From contig JAUWZX010000001.1 of assembly GCA_030615175.1 (NCBI GenBank), forward strand, positions 408,029 through 460,043: a stretch of 52,015 nucleotides of DNA. Direction: 5' to 3'. Position 1 is the stretch's first letter; each line of letters opens with the position of its first letter. The notes under the pieces were generated by a model. That model was not told the origin of the DNA. It made no database searches and saw only the letters and a program-made list of their open reading frames with translations. The translations under genes and the position numbers were made by a program. The stretch comes from Candidatus Parvarchaeota archaeon (GTDB lineage Archaea; Nanobdellota; Nanobdellia; WJKC01). Positions 23,646 to 33,123 of this stretch are shown here, one piece after another.

Positions 23646-24734
23646 CTACCTGATTATGCTTATGCCAAGTTCTTGTGATACTTGGCTCATTCTTTCTTGG
23701 GCGTTTATTTCGTGCTCAATTTTTTCAGGACCAATTATCCATGGCGACTTAACGCCAGTGGATATGAGCATTACGCGAATCCTGCCTGTCATGTCCTCCT
23801 GAATTCTTGAACCCCACATGACCATTGCGTCAGGGTCAAGTGTTTCAGTTATTAACTCACCAACCCTGTTAACTTCTTCAAGAGTCATATCAGGTCCGCC
23901 AGTTATGTGAATTAAGGCACCAGTTGCTCCAGTGTAATCAACCTCTAGTAATGGGTTATTCATTGCTTTCCTAACTGCTTCTTCAACCCTGTTATCGCTG
24001 TCACTCTCTCCAATACCCATGCTGCATACGCTTCCATGAGTCATTATTGCCTTAACGTCCGCGAAGTCTAGGTTAACAAGACTTGGCAGTGCAATAGTTT
24101 CAACTATTGACTTAATCATTGTTGAAACAAGTTCATTGGCAACTGCAAAGGCCTGCTCTACCGGGAGACCTCCAGCAATCTCGACTAATCTGTTATTGTC
24201 AATGACTATTACTGAATTACAGGACGCCCTTAACTTCTGCAGTCCTGCCTCTGCTTTGTCAACGCGGGCTCTTTCAATCTTAAAGGGCATTGTTACTACT
24301 CCAACAACTATTGCTCCTTTTTCTTTTGCCATTTGAGTAATTAAGGGCAGTGACCCAGTTCCTGTCCCTCCTCCAAGTCCTGTTAATGCGAATAGCATAT
24401 CACAGTCCTTAAGGACTTCTTTTAATTCAACGCGGGATTCTTCTACTGCTTGCTCGCCGATTTTTGGATCTCCACCAGCTCCCAGTCCACGTGTTAATTC
24501 CTTGCCTATCAGTACTTTTTTATCAGCCTGGGTAATGTGCAAGTGTTGACTATCAGTATTAATAGCAATTATTTCTGCACCCGTAATTCCTTTCTTGTAT
24601 AACCAGTCTACAGTGTTACTGCCTCCGCCCCCAGCACCAATAACTTTAATTCTGGCCTGCATTGCTAGGCCGTTCATAATTGATTTTTCACTGTTATCAA
24701 CCATTTTCATAGCGCTTTCAACTACAAAATCCAT
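23646..24734 (-). CDS. ftsZ: Cell division protein FtsZ (FtsZ2-like)
   Basis: GAGGGGSN, GGGTGTG, NLDFAD, PFKIERAR; SD GAGGTGAT upstream. Confidence 0.97.
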   Translation of the reverse strand: MDFVVESAMKMVDNSEKSIMNGLAMQARIKVIGAGGGGSNTVDWLYKKGITGAEIIAINTDSQHLHITQADKKVLIGKELTRGLGAGGDPKIGEQAVEESRVELKEVLKDCDMLFALTGLGGGTGTGSLPLITQMAKEKGAIVVGVVTMPFKIERARVDKAEAGLQKLRASCNSVIVIDNNRLVEIAGGLPVEQAFAVANELVSTMIKSIVETIALPSLVNLDFADVKAIMTHGSVCSMGIGESDSDNRVEEAVRKAMNNPLLEVDYTGATGALIHITGGPDMTLEEVNRVGELITETLDPDAMVMWGSRIQEDMTGRIRVMLISTGVKSPWIIGPEKIEHEINAQERMSQVSQELGISIIR

Positions 24735-24937
24735 TTTTTATATCACCTCTACCGAAACCTTTTTATTTTTTAATTGTTTACTATATTCAGTTGATGCGGA
24801 AAACATTTTTTAGGAGCGCGTCAATATTAATGAAGTGACACTTCACAGTGCACATAAAGAATCATAATCGCTTGATTTTTACTAAATTCATTACTAATTT
24901 ATATACCTTTTTCAGAAATTTTTTAAAAAAACCCCTC

Positions 24938-25040
24938 TTCCACACGAAATAAGGGTTATGCCTTTGCGTTTCCAATGGAATTTTTTGTGCTGAAATTCCT
25001 TTTTTTCTTGTTTTTGCCGCTTTTCCACTTGAAGTAAAGG
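24938..25040. promoter_or_regulatory. Three ORB-like boxes, candidate replication origin
   Basis: TTCCACACGAAATAAGGG (+, 24938), TTCCATTGGAAACGCAAAGG (-, 24961-24980), TTCCACTTGAAGTAAAGG (+, 25023), with T-rich and AT-rich tracts between and after. Confidence 0.6.
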
Positions 25041-25157
25041 TTTTTGCTTAATTTGTAGTTTTTTGTCTTATGAATTTTTGCTAAAGTAAGGTTCTTAATT
25101 AAATATACTCTGTGTTTTAATAAAACTTAAATAACCTTTAATCCCTGAACTATTAAA

Positions 25158-25325
25158 ATGGATTTTGATTTATTCTTAGAAGAGATGAAGAAGAGAGTGC
25201 CTAAGGCCAGAAAGTTTAGAAAGATTTCACGAAAGAAGGATAAGGAGCGCGTTGAGAGTGCAGTGCTGGATGATAAGTGCACTGAGATTCCGCAGACAAG
25301 TGATGGGAGGAGGGCTTATAAATGA
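25158..25325 (+). CDS. Unannotated 55-aa protein coupled to minD
   Basis: MDFDLFLEEMKKRVPKARKFRKISRKKDKERVESAVLDDKCTEIPQTSDGRRAYK; its stop overlaps the minD start (ATGA); TATA-like box upstream. Confidence 0.65.
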   Translation: MDFDLFLEEMKKRVPKARKFRKISRKKDKERVESAVLDDKCTEIPQTSDGRRAYK

Positions 25326-26068
25326 CGAGGGTTATTGGAATCTTGAGCGGTAAGGGAGGGGTTGGCAAGACAACTGCAACTGTTAATATTGGTGCAAGCC
25401 TTGCATTTGATTATGGTAATAACGTTGTTGCAATTGATGCTAACACAACCAGTTCAAGTCTTGGATTGTACCTGGGTAATCATAAGTTCCCTGTAACCAT
25501 TAATGAGGTGTTAACAGGCAAGGCATCAATTGCTGACGCGATTTACGCACACCCTTCAGGATTGAAGGTTATCCCGTCAAGCCATGGATTTAATGGGGTT
25601 GTTAACAATAAGAGGATTAAGAGCGTGGTTAATTCCTTAAAGGAGTTCACTGATTTTATCCTGTTAGATTGTCCGCCAACTCTTGGCAGCGAGACTAGGG
25701 CAGGGATTGAAGCTGTTGATGAATTAATCGTGATTGCTAATCCTAATTGGGCAAGCCTGCTTGAAGCTAAGAAGACAATTGAGTATGCTAAGCAGTTGAA
25801 GAAGAAGGTTTTAGGATTAGTGCTTAATCAAGCGGATTTAGAGCCTGAAGAGATTGATAAGATTAAGAAAGCCTTGAAGATTGATATCCTTTCAGTGATT
25901 CCTCTTGATGATAACGTGGTTAAGAGCAGTGATAAGAGAGTTCCTGTTATTCACTTGTATGGCAGGTCAAGGCCTGCAAGGGCTTATAAGAAGTTAATGG
26001 AGAAAATCACTGGCGAGAAATTCCCTAATAGAGGTATTATTGAGCGTATTATTGGCTGGTTTGATTAA
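25322..26068 (+). CDS. minD: MinD-family ATPase
   Basis: Deviant Walker A SGKGGVGKTT, DCPP, and C-terminal amphipathic helix GIIERIIGWFD. Confidence 0.92.
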   Translation: MTRVIGILSGKGGVGKTTATVNIGASLAFDYGNNVVAIDANTTSSSLGLYLGNHKFPVTINEVLTGKASIADAIYAHPSGLKVIPSSHGFNGVVNNKRIKSVVNSLKEFTDFILLDCPPTLGSETRAGIEAVDELIVIANPNWASLLEAKKTIEYAKQLKKKVLGLVLNQADLEPEEIDKIKKALKIDILSVIPLDDNVVKSSDKRVPVIHLYGRSRPARAYKKLMEKITGEKFPNRGIIERIIGWFD

Positions 26069-26159
26069 AGCCATACTCATTCATGGAGGGGTTTCTAGAG
26101 CGCGCGCAAGAACTTTTTAGAAAACCTTTTATTATTTCCTTATCTTAATTCTTTTATTC

Positions 26160-27479
26160 ATGTATTCAAAGAAGATTCAGTTATTACTCAAACGAAGGAA
26201 GATTAGTGTTTACGATTTTGTTGAAGTCACTTCCAAAGGCTTTAAGGTTAAGGGCTGCGTGATGCCCAGGACTGCTGGCAGGCCGGACACGTTAGTAATT
26301 AAAAAAGAGAATGGTTATAATATTGGCATTAAACCTGACTCTGTTAAGAAATTAAGGTCATTAAAGAAAAGGAAGCATACAGGGTTTAAATTCAAGAAGA
26401 ACTTGAACAAGAAGGACGTTGTTATTCTTGCTGCTGGAGGCACTATTGCTTCAAGGATTGATTACAGGACTGGAGCTGTTAAGCCTGCAATGACTGCTGA
26501 TGAAATAATCCGCTTCACGCCAGGCATTAGTGATGTTGCTAACATTAGGGTTCGCGTGTTGTTCCAAATGCTTAGTGAGTGCATGACTCCTTACCAGTGG
26601 AGTATTATTGCAAAAGGCGTTTCCAAAGCAATTAAGGAAGGCGCTGACGGCGTTGTAGTAATGCACGGCACTGACATCATGGGTTACACTGCTGCTTTCC
26701 TTTCATTCGCTCTTCAGGACTTGCCAGTGCCTGTAGTGCTTGTTGGCGCTCAGCGCAGCACTGACCGCGCTTCCTGCGATACTCATGTGAATATTACTTG
26801 CGCTGTTAAGGCAGCAACAAGTGATATTGCTGAAGTCATGGTTTGCATGCATGAAGGATTGAATGATGATTGCTGCATTCTTCATCAGGGAACGCGAGTC
26901 CGTAAGTGTCATACGAGCAGGCGCGACGCTTTCAGGAGTATTGGAGTTAAACCTTTTGCCTGCATTAAGTATCCTGAACTCAGTGTTGGATTCCTGCGTG
27001 ATGATTATGCCCGCGTTGATAAGTCACGCAAGTTAGTATTGAAAGCCAAGTTTGATGACAGGGTTGCATTACTAAAAGTGGTTCCTGGCTTAAAACCTGA
27101 CATTATTAAGTCTTTGAAGAATTATAGAGGTCTTGTTATTGAAGGCACTGGCCTCGGGCACCTGCCAATTACTGGTTATGGTGATAAATACACTGAGATG
27201 AATGTATTGAATTTTAAGGCTTTAAAGGAGTTCTCGGGGAAGGGTGTTGTTTTCATGACTCCTCAGGCAATTAATGGCAGGATTAACATGAATGTTTATG
27301 AGACTGGCAGGGATTTGATTGATATTGGCGTATTAGGCAACTTGTGTGATGTAATTCCTGAAACAGCTTACGTTAAACTAGTCTGGGCGCTCGGTAATTC
27401 AAGGACAGTAAAGGAGGCTAAGGAGTTAATGATGACTAATATTGCTGGCGAATTCACTGAGCGGAGCATGGTTTCATGA
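26160..27479 (+). CDS. gatD: Glu-tRNA(Gln) amidotransferase subunit D
   Basis: ENGYNIG, GGTIASRIDYRTGAV, HGTD, GAQRS and HTSRRDAF. Confidence 0.96.
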   Translation: MYSKKIQLLLKRRKISVYDFVEVTSKGFKVKGCVMPRTAGRPDTLVIKKENGYNIGIKPDSVKKLRSLKKRKHTGFKFKKNLNKKDVVILAAGGTIASRIDYRTGAVKPAMTADEIIRFTPGISDVANIRVRVLFQMLSECMTPYQWSIIAKGVSKAIKEGADGVVVMHGTDIMGYTAAFLSFALQDLPVPVVLVGAQRSTDRASCDTHVNITCAVKAATSDIAEVMVCMHEGLNDDCCILHQGTRVRKCHTSRRDAFRSIGVKPFACIKYPELSVGFLRDDYARVDKSRKLVLKAKFDDRVALLKVVPGLKPDIIKSLKNYRGLVIEGTGLGHLPITGYGDKYTEMNVLNFKALKEFSGKGVVFMTPQAINGRINMNVYETGRDLIDIGVLGNLCDVIPETAYVKLVWALGNSRTVKEAKELMMTNIAGEFTERSMVS

Positions 27480-29272
27480 AATGCGGATTGGAAATTCATC
27501 AAAGGATTTGCCGTCATAAATTATTCTGTAATTGCAATGCAACAGGTAATAAAGGTGAATTGCAGAAGAAGTTCACCCGTTACATGCACGCGGTTGCTGG
27601 TGAGACAGGAGAGGTTGATAAGACAGTCAGGTTTGAAGCAATTAAATCTAATAAGTTCACTTACGAATCATTTGATAATACTTCATGCCTTATTGAAACT
27701 GACAGTGAGCCTCCATTAAAACTAAATGAGGAGGCATTAATCACGGCTTTAAGCATTGCAAAGCACTTGAAAATGTTCATTCCCAGCGAACTTCACGTGA
27801 TGCGCAAAACAGTTATTGACGGCAGTAATACTGGTGGTTTCCAGCGCACAATTATTATTGGACTTGGAACTGACAAGTCTGTCATTAAGACTAGTGAGGG
27901 TTCTGTACGCATCAAGGATTTGGAGTTAGAGGAAGAGTCTGCCAGAATCATTGAGCGGTGGAGTGGAGGAACGCGTTATGACTTGTCTGGTTTAGGCATT
28001 CCATTAATTGAAGTCAGCACTCAGCCTGACATTAAGAGCCCTGAGCAGGCTTATGAGGCTGCATTGAAACTTGGCGAGTTATTGCGCTTAACTGGACGCG
28101 CCCAGAGAGGTATCGGTACTATCAGGCAGGACATTAATATCAGTGTTAAGGGCGGCGCTCGCGTGGAAATTAAAGGATTCCAGGATATCAGGATGATTAA
28201 GAGGCTTATTGAATTAGAAGTTAAGCGTCAGGAGTCACTTATTGCCTTGAAGAGTGAATTAACTGGTTATAAGTTGAGGAAAATTAATGTAACTGAATTT
28301 TTTGAAAAATCAAAATCTAAGGTTGTTAAGGGGAAAAAACTTGTTCTCAGCCTGATTGCTCCTGGTTTTAAAGAATTATTTAAGCGCAAACTTAATGAGT
28401 TAAAAACCCTCGGCTCTGAGATTGCTGATTACGCCTGCGCGCACAGAGTTAAGGGATTAATTCACAGTGATGAGGACTTGAATGATTACGGGCTTGAAAC
28501 TGAATTCATCAGGATGCGGAACGAGTTAGGAGTTAAGAGTAATGATTTAATATTAATCATTGCAGGGGATGGCAGTGAAGTTGAGAGGGCAATGAGGGCG
28601 GTTATGGATAGGATTTACTTATTGAATGACTGCATTCCTGAGGAGACGAGGACTGCTAAGCCGGATGGAACTTCATCTTATGCCAGGCCATTGCCTGGCG
28701 GTGAGAGGATGTATCCTGAAACTGATATTCCATTAATTAATCCTTCCGGATTCATTAAGAGAACTTTTAAAATTGAGTCAAAGGAGTCCAGAGTTAAGAA
28801 GTTAAGGAGGCTTGGACTGCCCGCGCACTTAATTAATTCATTGGTGCTGAGCCAGCGTCTTGAATTATTTTATTTACTCATTAAGTCTTTGAAGAGATTA
28901 AAGCCAGTATTGATTGCAGGCGTTTTAATTGAAGCGCCTAAGGAGGTTAAGAAGCGCTTTAAGCATGACACTTCTGTTTTACGTGATAAGCACTTTAAGG
29001 ACTTGCTTGCGTTATTGGATAAGGGGCTGATTACCAGGCAGGCAGTAATACCTTTACTTAATAATTTATGCGCTGCGCCTGAGTTAAGCGTTAAGGACTT
29101 GGCAGGCGAGTTCAAGGCGTTTAGTGATGCTGAGTTAAAGAAGTTAATTAAAATGGTTGTGAAGAGTAATGAGGGGCTCAAGTTTAAAGTCCTTATGGGT
29201 TTAGTAATGAAGGAAGTTGCCGGCAGGGCTGACGGGAGCAGGGTTTCAAGGATTCTTAAAAAAATCACTTAA
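27476..29272 (+). CDS. gatE: Glu-tRNA(Gln) amidotransferase subunit E
   Basis: GLEIHQ, IDGSNTGGFQRT, GTIRQD and RMYPETD. Confidence 0.96.
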   Translation: MKCGLEIHQRICRHKLFCNCNATGNKGELQKKFTRYMHAVAGETGEVDKTVRFEAIKSNKFTYESFDNTSCLIETDSEPPLKLNEEALITALSIAKHLKMFIPSELHVMRKTVIDGSNTGGFQRTIIIGLGTDKSVIKTSEGSVRIKDLELEEESARIIERWSGGTRYDLSGLGIPLIEVSTQPDIKSPEQAYEAALKLGELLRLTGRAQRGIGTIRQDINISVKGGARVEIKGFQDIRMIKRLIELEVKRQESLIALKSELTGYKLRKINVTEFFEKSKSKVVKGKKLVLSLIAPGFKELFKRKLNELKTLGSEIADYACAHRVKGLIHSDEDLNDYGLETEFIRMRNELGVKSNDLILIIAGDGSEVERAMRAVMDRIYLLNDCIPEETRTAKPDGTSSYARPLPGGERMYPETDIPLINPSGFIKRTFKIESKESRVKKLRRLGLPAHLINSLVLSQRLELFYLLIKSLKRLKPVLIAGVLIEAPKEVKKRFKHDTSVLRDKHFKDLLALLDKGLITRQAVIPLLNNLCAAPELSVKDLAGEFKAFSDAELKKLIKMVVKSNEGLKFKVLMGLVMKEVAGRADGSRVSRILKKIT

Positions 29273-29863
29273 CGCTTTAATTGATATCCTCGTCCATTCC
29301 TCATAATCTTTTTCATAACAGTTTTTTAGTAATTCATTAATTGTTTTGAACTGCACGCTTTCCTTAATGATTTCAGCATCCTTTGATTTAATCATGCTTG
29401 AATTAGTTTTAATGAGGAATAATAATCCGAAGTGAACTTTATCTATTCTGCCCGGTTCATTAATGTAACCAATTAATCCTACAGAGTAATTATTTATCAT
29501 AACTTCTTCACTTAACTCTCTTATTAATGCCTTATGAATAGGGTTATGGTAATGAGCGTCATTTTTCTTGTTAATATGACCTCCAACTCCGCAGGACCAT
29601 TTGCCCTGAAGTCTTTTTTCAGGATAATCTTTGTCTTTAGTTGAGCGCTGGTAAGTGAAAACCATTTTTAATTCAGGATTGTATATTAAGCAGTAAGGGA
29701 TTGGCTGCTTATATTCTGGTTTATGCTCTACTTTACTCCTCTTCTTCCATTTATAATTACTTAGTATTCTTGACAGGAAGTCAACTTCTTTTCTTGGCTT
29801 AAAACCTTCAAAGTAGTCATTACCGAAGAGTTTGTCTTTTTTAATAACCATTATTTTTTCCAT
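29246..29863 (-). CDS. NUDIX hydrolase
   Basis: KQPIPY, GVGGHIN...RELSEE and VHFG. Confidence 0.85.
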   Translation of the reverse strand: MEKIMVIKKDKLFGNDYFEGFKPRKEVDFLSRILSNYKWKKRSKVEHKPEYKQPIPYCLIYNPELKMVFTYQRSTKDKDYPEKRLQGKWSCGVGGHINKKNDAHYHNPIHKALIRELSEEVMINNYSVGLIGYINEPGRIDKVHFGLLFLIKTNSSMIKSKDAEIIKESVQFKTINELLKNCYEKDYEEWTRISIKALSDFFKNP

Positions 29864-29868
29864 TATTT

Positions 29869-30216
29869 TTAGTACCCGTTCTTTATTCTCTGCCTGTTGA
29901 CTTGATTTTTTTCTTTGTATTTTTCATAAAAGTCATTGCTTGTCATGTCAATTGATAATGCCAGATTTATCAGGAAGTGCATGCAGTCAATGATTTCTTC
30001 CTTGAATTTTTCCTTATTGAATTCCTGATTTTTCTTCCAGCTCTTGAATGGTGTTTTCTTTATTGCTTCACCAAGTTCGATGTACAATGCTAGTCCATTC
30101 TCATTTATGTACGCCTGTCTTTCCTTCTCATTCTTGAAAGGAATGTTTTTCCCATAAGCTTCTTGCAGTTCTTTTTGAATTTTAAATAATTCATCTAACT
30201 TATCTTCCAGCCCCAT
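29869..30216 (-). CDS. All-alpha (dimeric dUTPase / MazG-like) nucleotide pyrophosphatase
   Basis: ELGE...FKSWKK...EEIIDCMHF...KNQVNRQRIKNGY. Confidence 0.85.
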   Translation of the reverse strand: MGLEDKLDELFKIQKELQEAYGKNIPFKNEKERQAYINENGLALYIELGEAIKKTPFKSWKKNQEFNKEKFKEEIIDCMHFLINLALSIDMTSNDFYEKYKEKNQVNRQRIKNGY

Positions 30217-30271
30217 AATCCTCTTAATTAATTAATAATACTTTTTAATCATTGTTGTATTGCATTATTCA

Positions 30272-30871
30272 ATGATTAAGTCTCAAAGAGAGTTGTCAAG
30301 GAGGTTGTCAGAAACCATTGGTTTCACAGAGCCGAAATTAAAGCTTAGGCAGTACTTAACGCCTCCTAATATTGCAGCAGCATTATTATGGACTGCATTC
30401 ATGAATGGTGACATTAAGGGTAAAGTAGTGTTTGACTTAGGGTGCGGTACTGGAATCTTAAGTATTGGTGCATCACTGCTCAGTGCTCTGAAAGTTAAGG
30501 GTTTTGACATTGACGCTTCAACTTTAAGCATTGCTGAAAGAAATGCCGCTGGATTAAGTAATGTTGAATTCATTGAAATGGATGTTAAGAAAATTACTGG
30601 TTCCTGTGATACTGTTATAATGAATCCGCCGTTCATGGTTAAGGGAGGAGTTAGTGACAGAGCATTCCTTGATAAAGCGTTCTCAATTGCTAAGAGGATT
30701 TACTCCATTCATAATTTAGGAACTCATGAATTCATTAATAAGTACTCTTTAAGGAATGGTTTTAAGCCAGCAGTCATTGATAGTTATAAATTCCCGTTAA
30801 AGTATAGTTACAAGTTTCATGAAAAAGAAAAAGTGAACTTCATGGTTGGCTTATGGTTTTTCAAAAAATAA
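30272..30871 (+). CDS. METTL5-family N6-adenine RNA methyltransferase
   Basis: LRQYLTP, DLGCGTG, MNPPF and YSIH. Confidence 0.88.
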   Translation: MIKSQRELSRRLSETIGFTEPKLKLRQYLTPPNIAAALLWTAFMNGDIKGKVVFDLGCGTGILSIGASLLSALKVKGFDIDASTLSIAERNAAGLSNVEFIEMDVKKITGSCDTVIMNPPFMVKGGVSDRAFLDKAFSIAKRIYSIHNLGTHEFINKYSLRNGFKPAVIDSYKFPLKYSYKFHEKEKVNFMVGLWFFKK

Positions 30872-31416
30872 TTAATAAAGTATTCCTGTATCATGGTTCA
30901 TGTAATTCTTATTACATTGATGATGAAGTTAAAATCCTGATTGATGCCGGCGTTGACTTGGATAAGAAAATTGACTTGCTAGTCCTTACTCACTTCCACC
31001 CTGACCACGCGTTATTTGCCCGCAGGATTAAGGATAGGACTAATTGCAGGATTTTAATTGGTCACAGGGATTTAGAGCCTTTAAAATTACTTACTAAGGT
31101 CTGGCCTACATGGGAGGGCAAGAAGATTGGTGAAGTATTGCCTGATGGTTTACTAAAGGAAGGTGATGTTATTAATACTGGTTCAATGATTCTTAAGGTA
31201 TTGGAAGTGCCTGGTCACACTATTGGTTCAATAGCCTTTTTCGAGCCTGTTAAGAAGATTCTCTTCACTGGTGATACATTATTTGCTCATGGAGTTACTG
31301 GAAGAATTGATTTCCCTTACAGCGATTCTCAGAGCATGGATGAGAGTGTTGAGAGATTAAAGTCATTAAAAGCTGATATAATACTGCCAGGGCATGGAGA
31401 GATTATTAGAGTATAA
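30853..31416 (+). CDS. Metallo-beta-lactamase-fold hydrolase
   Basis: THFHPDH, PGHT, GDTLF and PGHG. Confidence 0.9.
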   Translation: MVFQKIINKVFLYHGSCNSYYIDDEVKILIDAGVDLDKKIDLLVLTHFHPDHALFARRIKDRTNCRILIGHRDLEPLKLLTKVWPTWEGKKIGEVLPDGLLKEGDVINTGSMILKVLEVPGHTIGSIAFFEPVKKILFTGDTLFAHGVTGRIDFPYSDSQSMDESVERLKSLKADIILPGHGEIIRV

Positions 31417-31450
31417 ATTATTTAAGTGACTAATTAATCATTACTCTTTA

Positions 31451-31744
31451 ATGCCTGTGAAGGGGATTAGTAGGGATGAATTACTGCACGTTGCAGGGAT
31501 TGCGCGGTTAAAACTCACTGGAGAGGAGATTGAATTATTCTCCAAGCAAGTGAGTGATATTATTGAATGGTTTAAGGAATTAAGTAAAATAAAAACTGCT
31601 GGCGTTAAGCCAAGCTTTCATGCACTGGAAACAATTAATGTCACTCGCGAGGACAAGGCAGGTGAGTGCTTCAGTAAAGAGCAAGTCTTTAGTAATACTG
31701 ATAATAAGGAGAAAGGATTTTTTAAGGGGCCTAGAATAGTATGA
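31451..31744 (+). CDS. gatC: Asp/Glu-tRNA amidotransferase subunit C
   Basis: HVAGIARL, REDK and FFKGPRIV; precedes gatA. Confidence 0.93.
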   Translation: MPVKGISRDELLHVAGIARLKLTGEEIELFSKQVSDIIEWFKELSKIKTAGVKPSFHALETINVTREDKAGECFSKEQVFSNTDNKEKGFFKGPRIV

Positions 31745-33123
31745 ATGCTGTTGAATTCATAAGTAAAGCGAGGAGAGGAGAAATTGACTTAAAACGTTTT
31801 TACAGGCAGTTATTCAGTAAACTTCATGATATTAATGATAAGTATGAATGCTTCATAACTATTTGCAGGGATGAAGCATTAAAGCAGTTGAAGAACCTGC
31901 CAAGAGGAAGGCTTTACGGGCTTCCAGTAAGCGTTAAGGATGCTTTATGTACTAAGGGGATTAAAACAACTGCTGGTTCAAGAATACTTGGTGATTACAC
32001 CCCGCCGTTTGACAGTACAGCAGTTGCAAGGATAAAGGCTGAGGGAGGAGTCATTATTGGCAAGACTTGCATGGATGAATTCGGGTTCGGCGGTTTCTCA
32101 ACTAACTGCGCTTATAAAGTGCCTAAGAATCCTCATGACTTAGAGCGCTCGTGCGGTGGTTCATCAGGAGGGGCTGGATGCATTACATCAGTGCTTGATG
32201 AGCCTCATATTGCGATAGGCGAGTCAACAGGCGGTTCAATCACTAGTCCGGCAAGTTTTTGCGGAGTGTGCGGTTTCACTCCTACTTATGGAAGGGTTTC
32301 CCGTTACGGCTTAATTGATTATGCTAATAGTCTTGACAAGATTGGACCAATGGCTAAGACTGTGCGGGAAATTGCGTTAATGCTTAAAGTAATTTCAGGT
32401 CATGACTTAAAGGACCAGACTTCAAGAATGGAGAAAGTGCCTGATTATGCGCGAACAGGTAGTGTTAAGGGATTAAGAATAGGTATTCCAAGAGAGTATT
32501 TTAAAGACGTGCCTGATGATATTTCAAACACTGTTTGGAAGGCAGTTAAGGAGCTTGAAAGCATGGGGGCTAGAGTAAAGAATGTTTCATTAAAGACAAC
32601 CAAGTATTCATTGCCTGCTTATTACGTGACTGCCATGTGCGAAGCATCAACTAATCTTGCAAGATTATGCGGTATGCGTTACAGTCTGGAAGCGCCTCTT
32701 AAAGGAAACTTTAATGAATACTTCAGCAAGATAAGGAGTAAGGGTTTTGGTCAGGAAGCGAAGCGCAGGATAATACTCGGGACTTACGCGCGCATGAGCG
32801 GTTACAGGGATAAATACTATTTGCAGGCATTAAAGGTTAGGACACTTATTATCAGGGATTTTAAGCAGGCGTTCAAGACTTGTGATTTATTAGCAGCGCC
32901 TTCAATGCCAGTGATAGCTCCGCGTTTTGATGAGATAGAGAAGTTATCTCCTTTAGAGAATTATTTGATGGATATATTAACTGTTGCACCTAATCTTGCA
33001 GGCATTCCAATGCTTTCAGTGCCTTGCGGTAAAGTGAATGGCCTGCCTGTTGGTCTTCACTTAATGGCTGACCACTTGGAAGAGCAGAAATTAATTAATG
33101 CAGGAGTAGCTTATCATGGCTGA
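31741..33123 (+). CDS. gatA: Amidotransferase subunit A
   Basis: Amidase signature GGSSGG and STGGSI; RRIILG. Confidence 0.96.
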   Translation: MNAVEFISKARRGEIDLKRFYRQLFSKLHDINDKYECFITICRDEALKQLKNLPRGRLYGLPVSVKDALCTKGIKTTAGSRILGDYTPPFDSTAVARIKAEGGVIIGKTCMDEFGFGGFSTNCAYKVPKNPHDLERSCGGSSGGAGCITSVLDEPHIAIGESTGGSITSPASFCGVCGFTPTYGRVSRYGLIDYANSLDKIGPMAKTVREIALMLKVISGHDLKDQTSRMEKVPDYARTGSVKGLRIGIPREYFKDVPDDISNTVWKAVKELESMGARVKNVSLKTTKYSLPAYYVTAMCEASTNLARLCGMRYSLEAPLKGNFNEYFSKIRSKGFGQEAKRRIILGTYARMSGYRDKYYLQALKVRTLIIRDFKQAFKTCDLLAAPSMPVIAPRFDEIEKLSPLENYLMDILTVAPNLAGIPMLSVPCGKVNGLPVGLHLMADHLEEQKLINAGVAYHG

